Source: Nanobdellati archaeon
Lineage (GTDB): Archaea; EX4484-52; WAPT01
Assembly: GCA_027038505.1 (NCBI GenBank)
Contig: JALVWC010000008.1
Coordinates: 1 to 57,319 of the forward strand
Length of the DNA stretch: 57,319 bases
Direction: 5' to 3'
The notes beneath the pieces are model-generated. The model worked only from the letters and a program-made list of their open reading frames with translations, ran no database searches and was not told the DNA's origin. The position numbers and the translations under genes were made by a program. The stretch's first letter is position 1. Every line of letters begins with the position of its first letter. Positions 56,392 through 57,319 of this stretch are shown here, one piece after another.

Positions 56392-57319
56392 TCAACTAAC
56401 TTTGCCACCCTTCCATCTCCTGAGCTTTCTCAGGAATAGGAGATACCCGACAATAAAGCCCACAAACGTGAAAACTCCGTAACCGAAGAGCACCTGCCAG
56501 GGAGACAGATACTTGAGCAGGACACCGGTAATGAATGCTGCACACGCTCCCGTTACCGTGTCGTATGCCTGAAAGTATCCGAGGTATTCCGCTCTGACCT
56601 CGTCGCGGATGTGGAGTGTTTCTATCCTTGCCACGGACGGTCCGTTGAAAGTTTTTCCAAGCGACAGGATGAGTGCGCCCACAATGAAAACAGATAAGCT
56701 GTGCGCAAAGGACATGGTGGTAAACGCGAGGACATAAAGAAGAAATGCCACCTTAAGTCCCACAATAGCCGAGTACCTGTCAACGAACCTTCCTGTGAGT
56801 GGGAGGGCAAACATGGATATCAGCCCCATAAGGGAGAACACGATGCCTGTTGCTGTGTTGCTGGATGTGATAGCATAGATAGCGAAGGGGGAACACTATC
56901 GGTTCCATTGCCCAGTGCGACTGTGTTATTCCCTCCGTAAAGAACCTGAAAAATAGGAAGGGATTGGACATGATGTTTCTGAGTGAGGACGTTATGCTAT
57001 GTTTTCCACCATCAGCTGCCTTCCCCTCTCCGTAGTCCCTGAAAGCGTAAATCATAACAACCATCATTAGTGCATAGACCAGCGGGAGCAGAAAGTAAGG
57101 TGCTCTCAGTCCGTAAGTATCGCCAAGGTAACCTCCGAGGAATGATCCGGCACTGCCCGCTATGCTCTGTGCGGAAAACCTATAGCCGAAGAACTCGGCA
57201 ATGTTTTTTGTGGATTTAACCGTGTCCTGGAAGAGCGCGTTTATCAGCATGCCTGTTGTAGCAGTAGCGAACGCCCACCCTACCCTACCCACCAGATACT
57301 GGAACGCGTTGGTTGAGGT
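56392..57319 (-). pseudogene. MFS transporter, frameshifted and truncated by the window edge
   Basis: Two overlapping minus-strand ORFs (56780..57292+ and 56392..56841) are both MFS-like. Removing one C from the C5 run (plus-strand G5 at 56887..56891) joins ..MEPIVFP to FAIYAITSSNTATGIVFSLMGL... The upstream frame is still open at 57319. Confidence 0.7.

Noticed and set aside
1-57319. CRISPR arrays, rRNA genes, IS elements or transposases.
   Set aside because: No regularly spaced direct repeats, no rRNA-like conserved blocks, and no transposase or integrase-like ORFs were seen on either strand.

Overview
Archaeal chromosomal window, probably an Archaeoglobales-like euryarchaeon. That call is inferred from aIF5A, aIF2-alpha, Nop10, PAN, class I LysRS, GGGPS, Trm56, Taw1 and a class II HMG-CoA reductase; it is not a database hit.

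**Left end (1..~6.9 kb).** A visibly AT-rich type I restriction-modification operon lies on the minus strand, in the order hsdM to hsdS to hsdR. Three non-RM modules are spliced into it:
- a DUF262/DUF1524 (GmrSD-like) nuclease;
- an unannotated 48-codon lysine-rich micro-ORF coupled to a PIN-domain protein;
- a frameshifted ~268-aa orphan protein coupled to a 4-TM membrane protein.

hsdM itself is split by an in-frame TAG. I rate this operon the best candidate for an undescribed defence system.

**7..11 kb.** A NYN-domain protein, a 429-aa orphan, a 640-bp ORF-poor spacer with a GC-rich hairpin, tRNA-Ile(GAU), and a degenerate wHTH-MNT/HEPN toxin-antitoxin pair. Both genes of the pair are frameshifted.

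**Rest of the window: core genome.**
- porGDAB, a PfkB/HAD/ROK sugar cluster, Nob1, aIF5A, agmatinase, TatD, PAN, Tmk, Taw1 and Trm56.
- An ~10.5-kb supercluster (33.6..44.1 kb) carrying almost the whole archaeal-type mevalonate pathway: IPK, UbiX, AcnX small and large subunits, an LpdD-like putative prFMN chaperone, a UbiD-family decarboxylase, MVK, HMGR, HMGCS, thiolase and DUF35.
- MBF1, two Nudix hydrolases, class I LysRS, GGGPS, L10e, aIF2-alpha, Nop10, PAC2, RpoK, S2, and a frameshifted MFS transporter that runs off the right edge.

I found no CRISPR array, rRNA, transposase or integrase. All family assignments come from motif recognition by eye, with no searches run.
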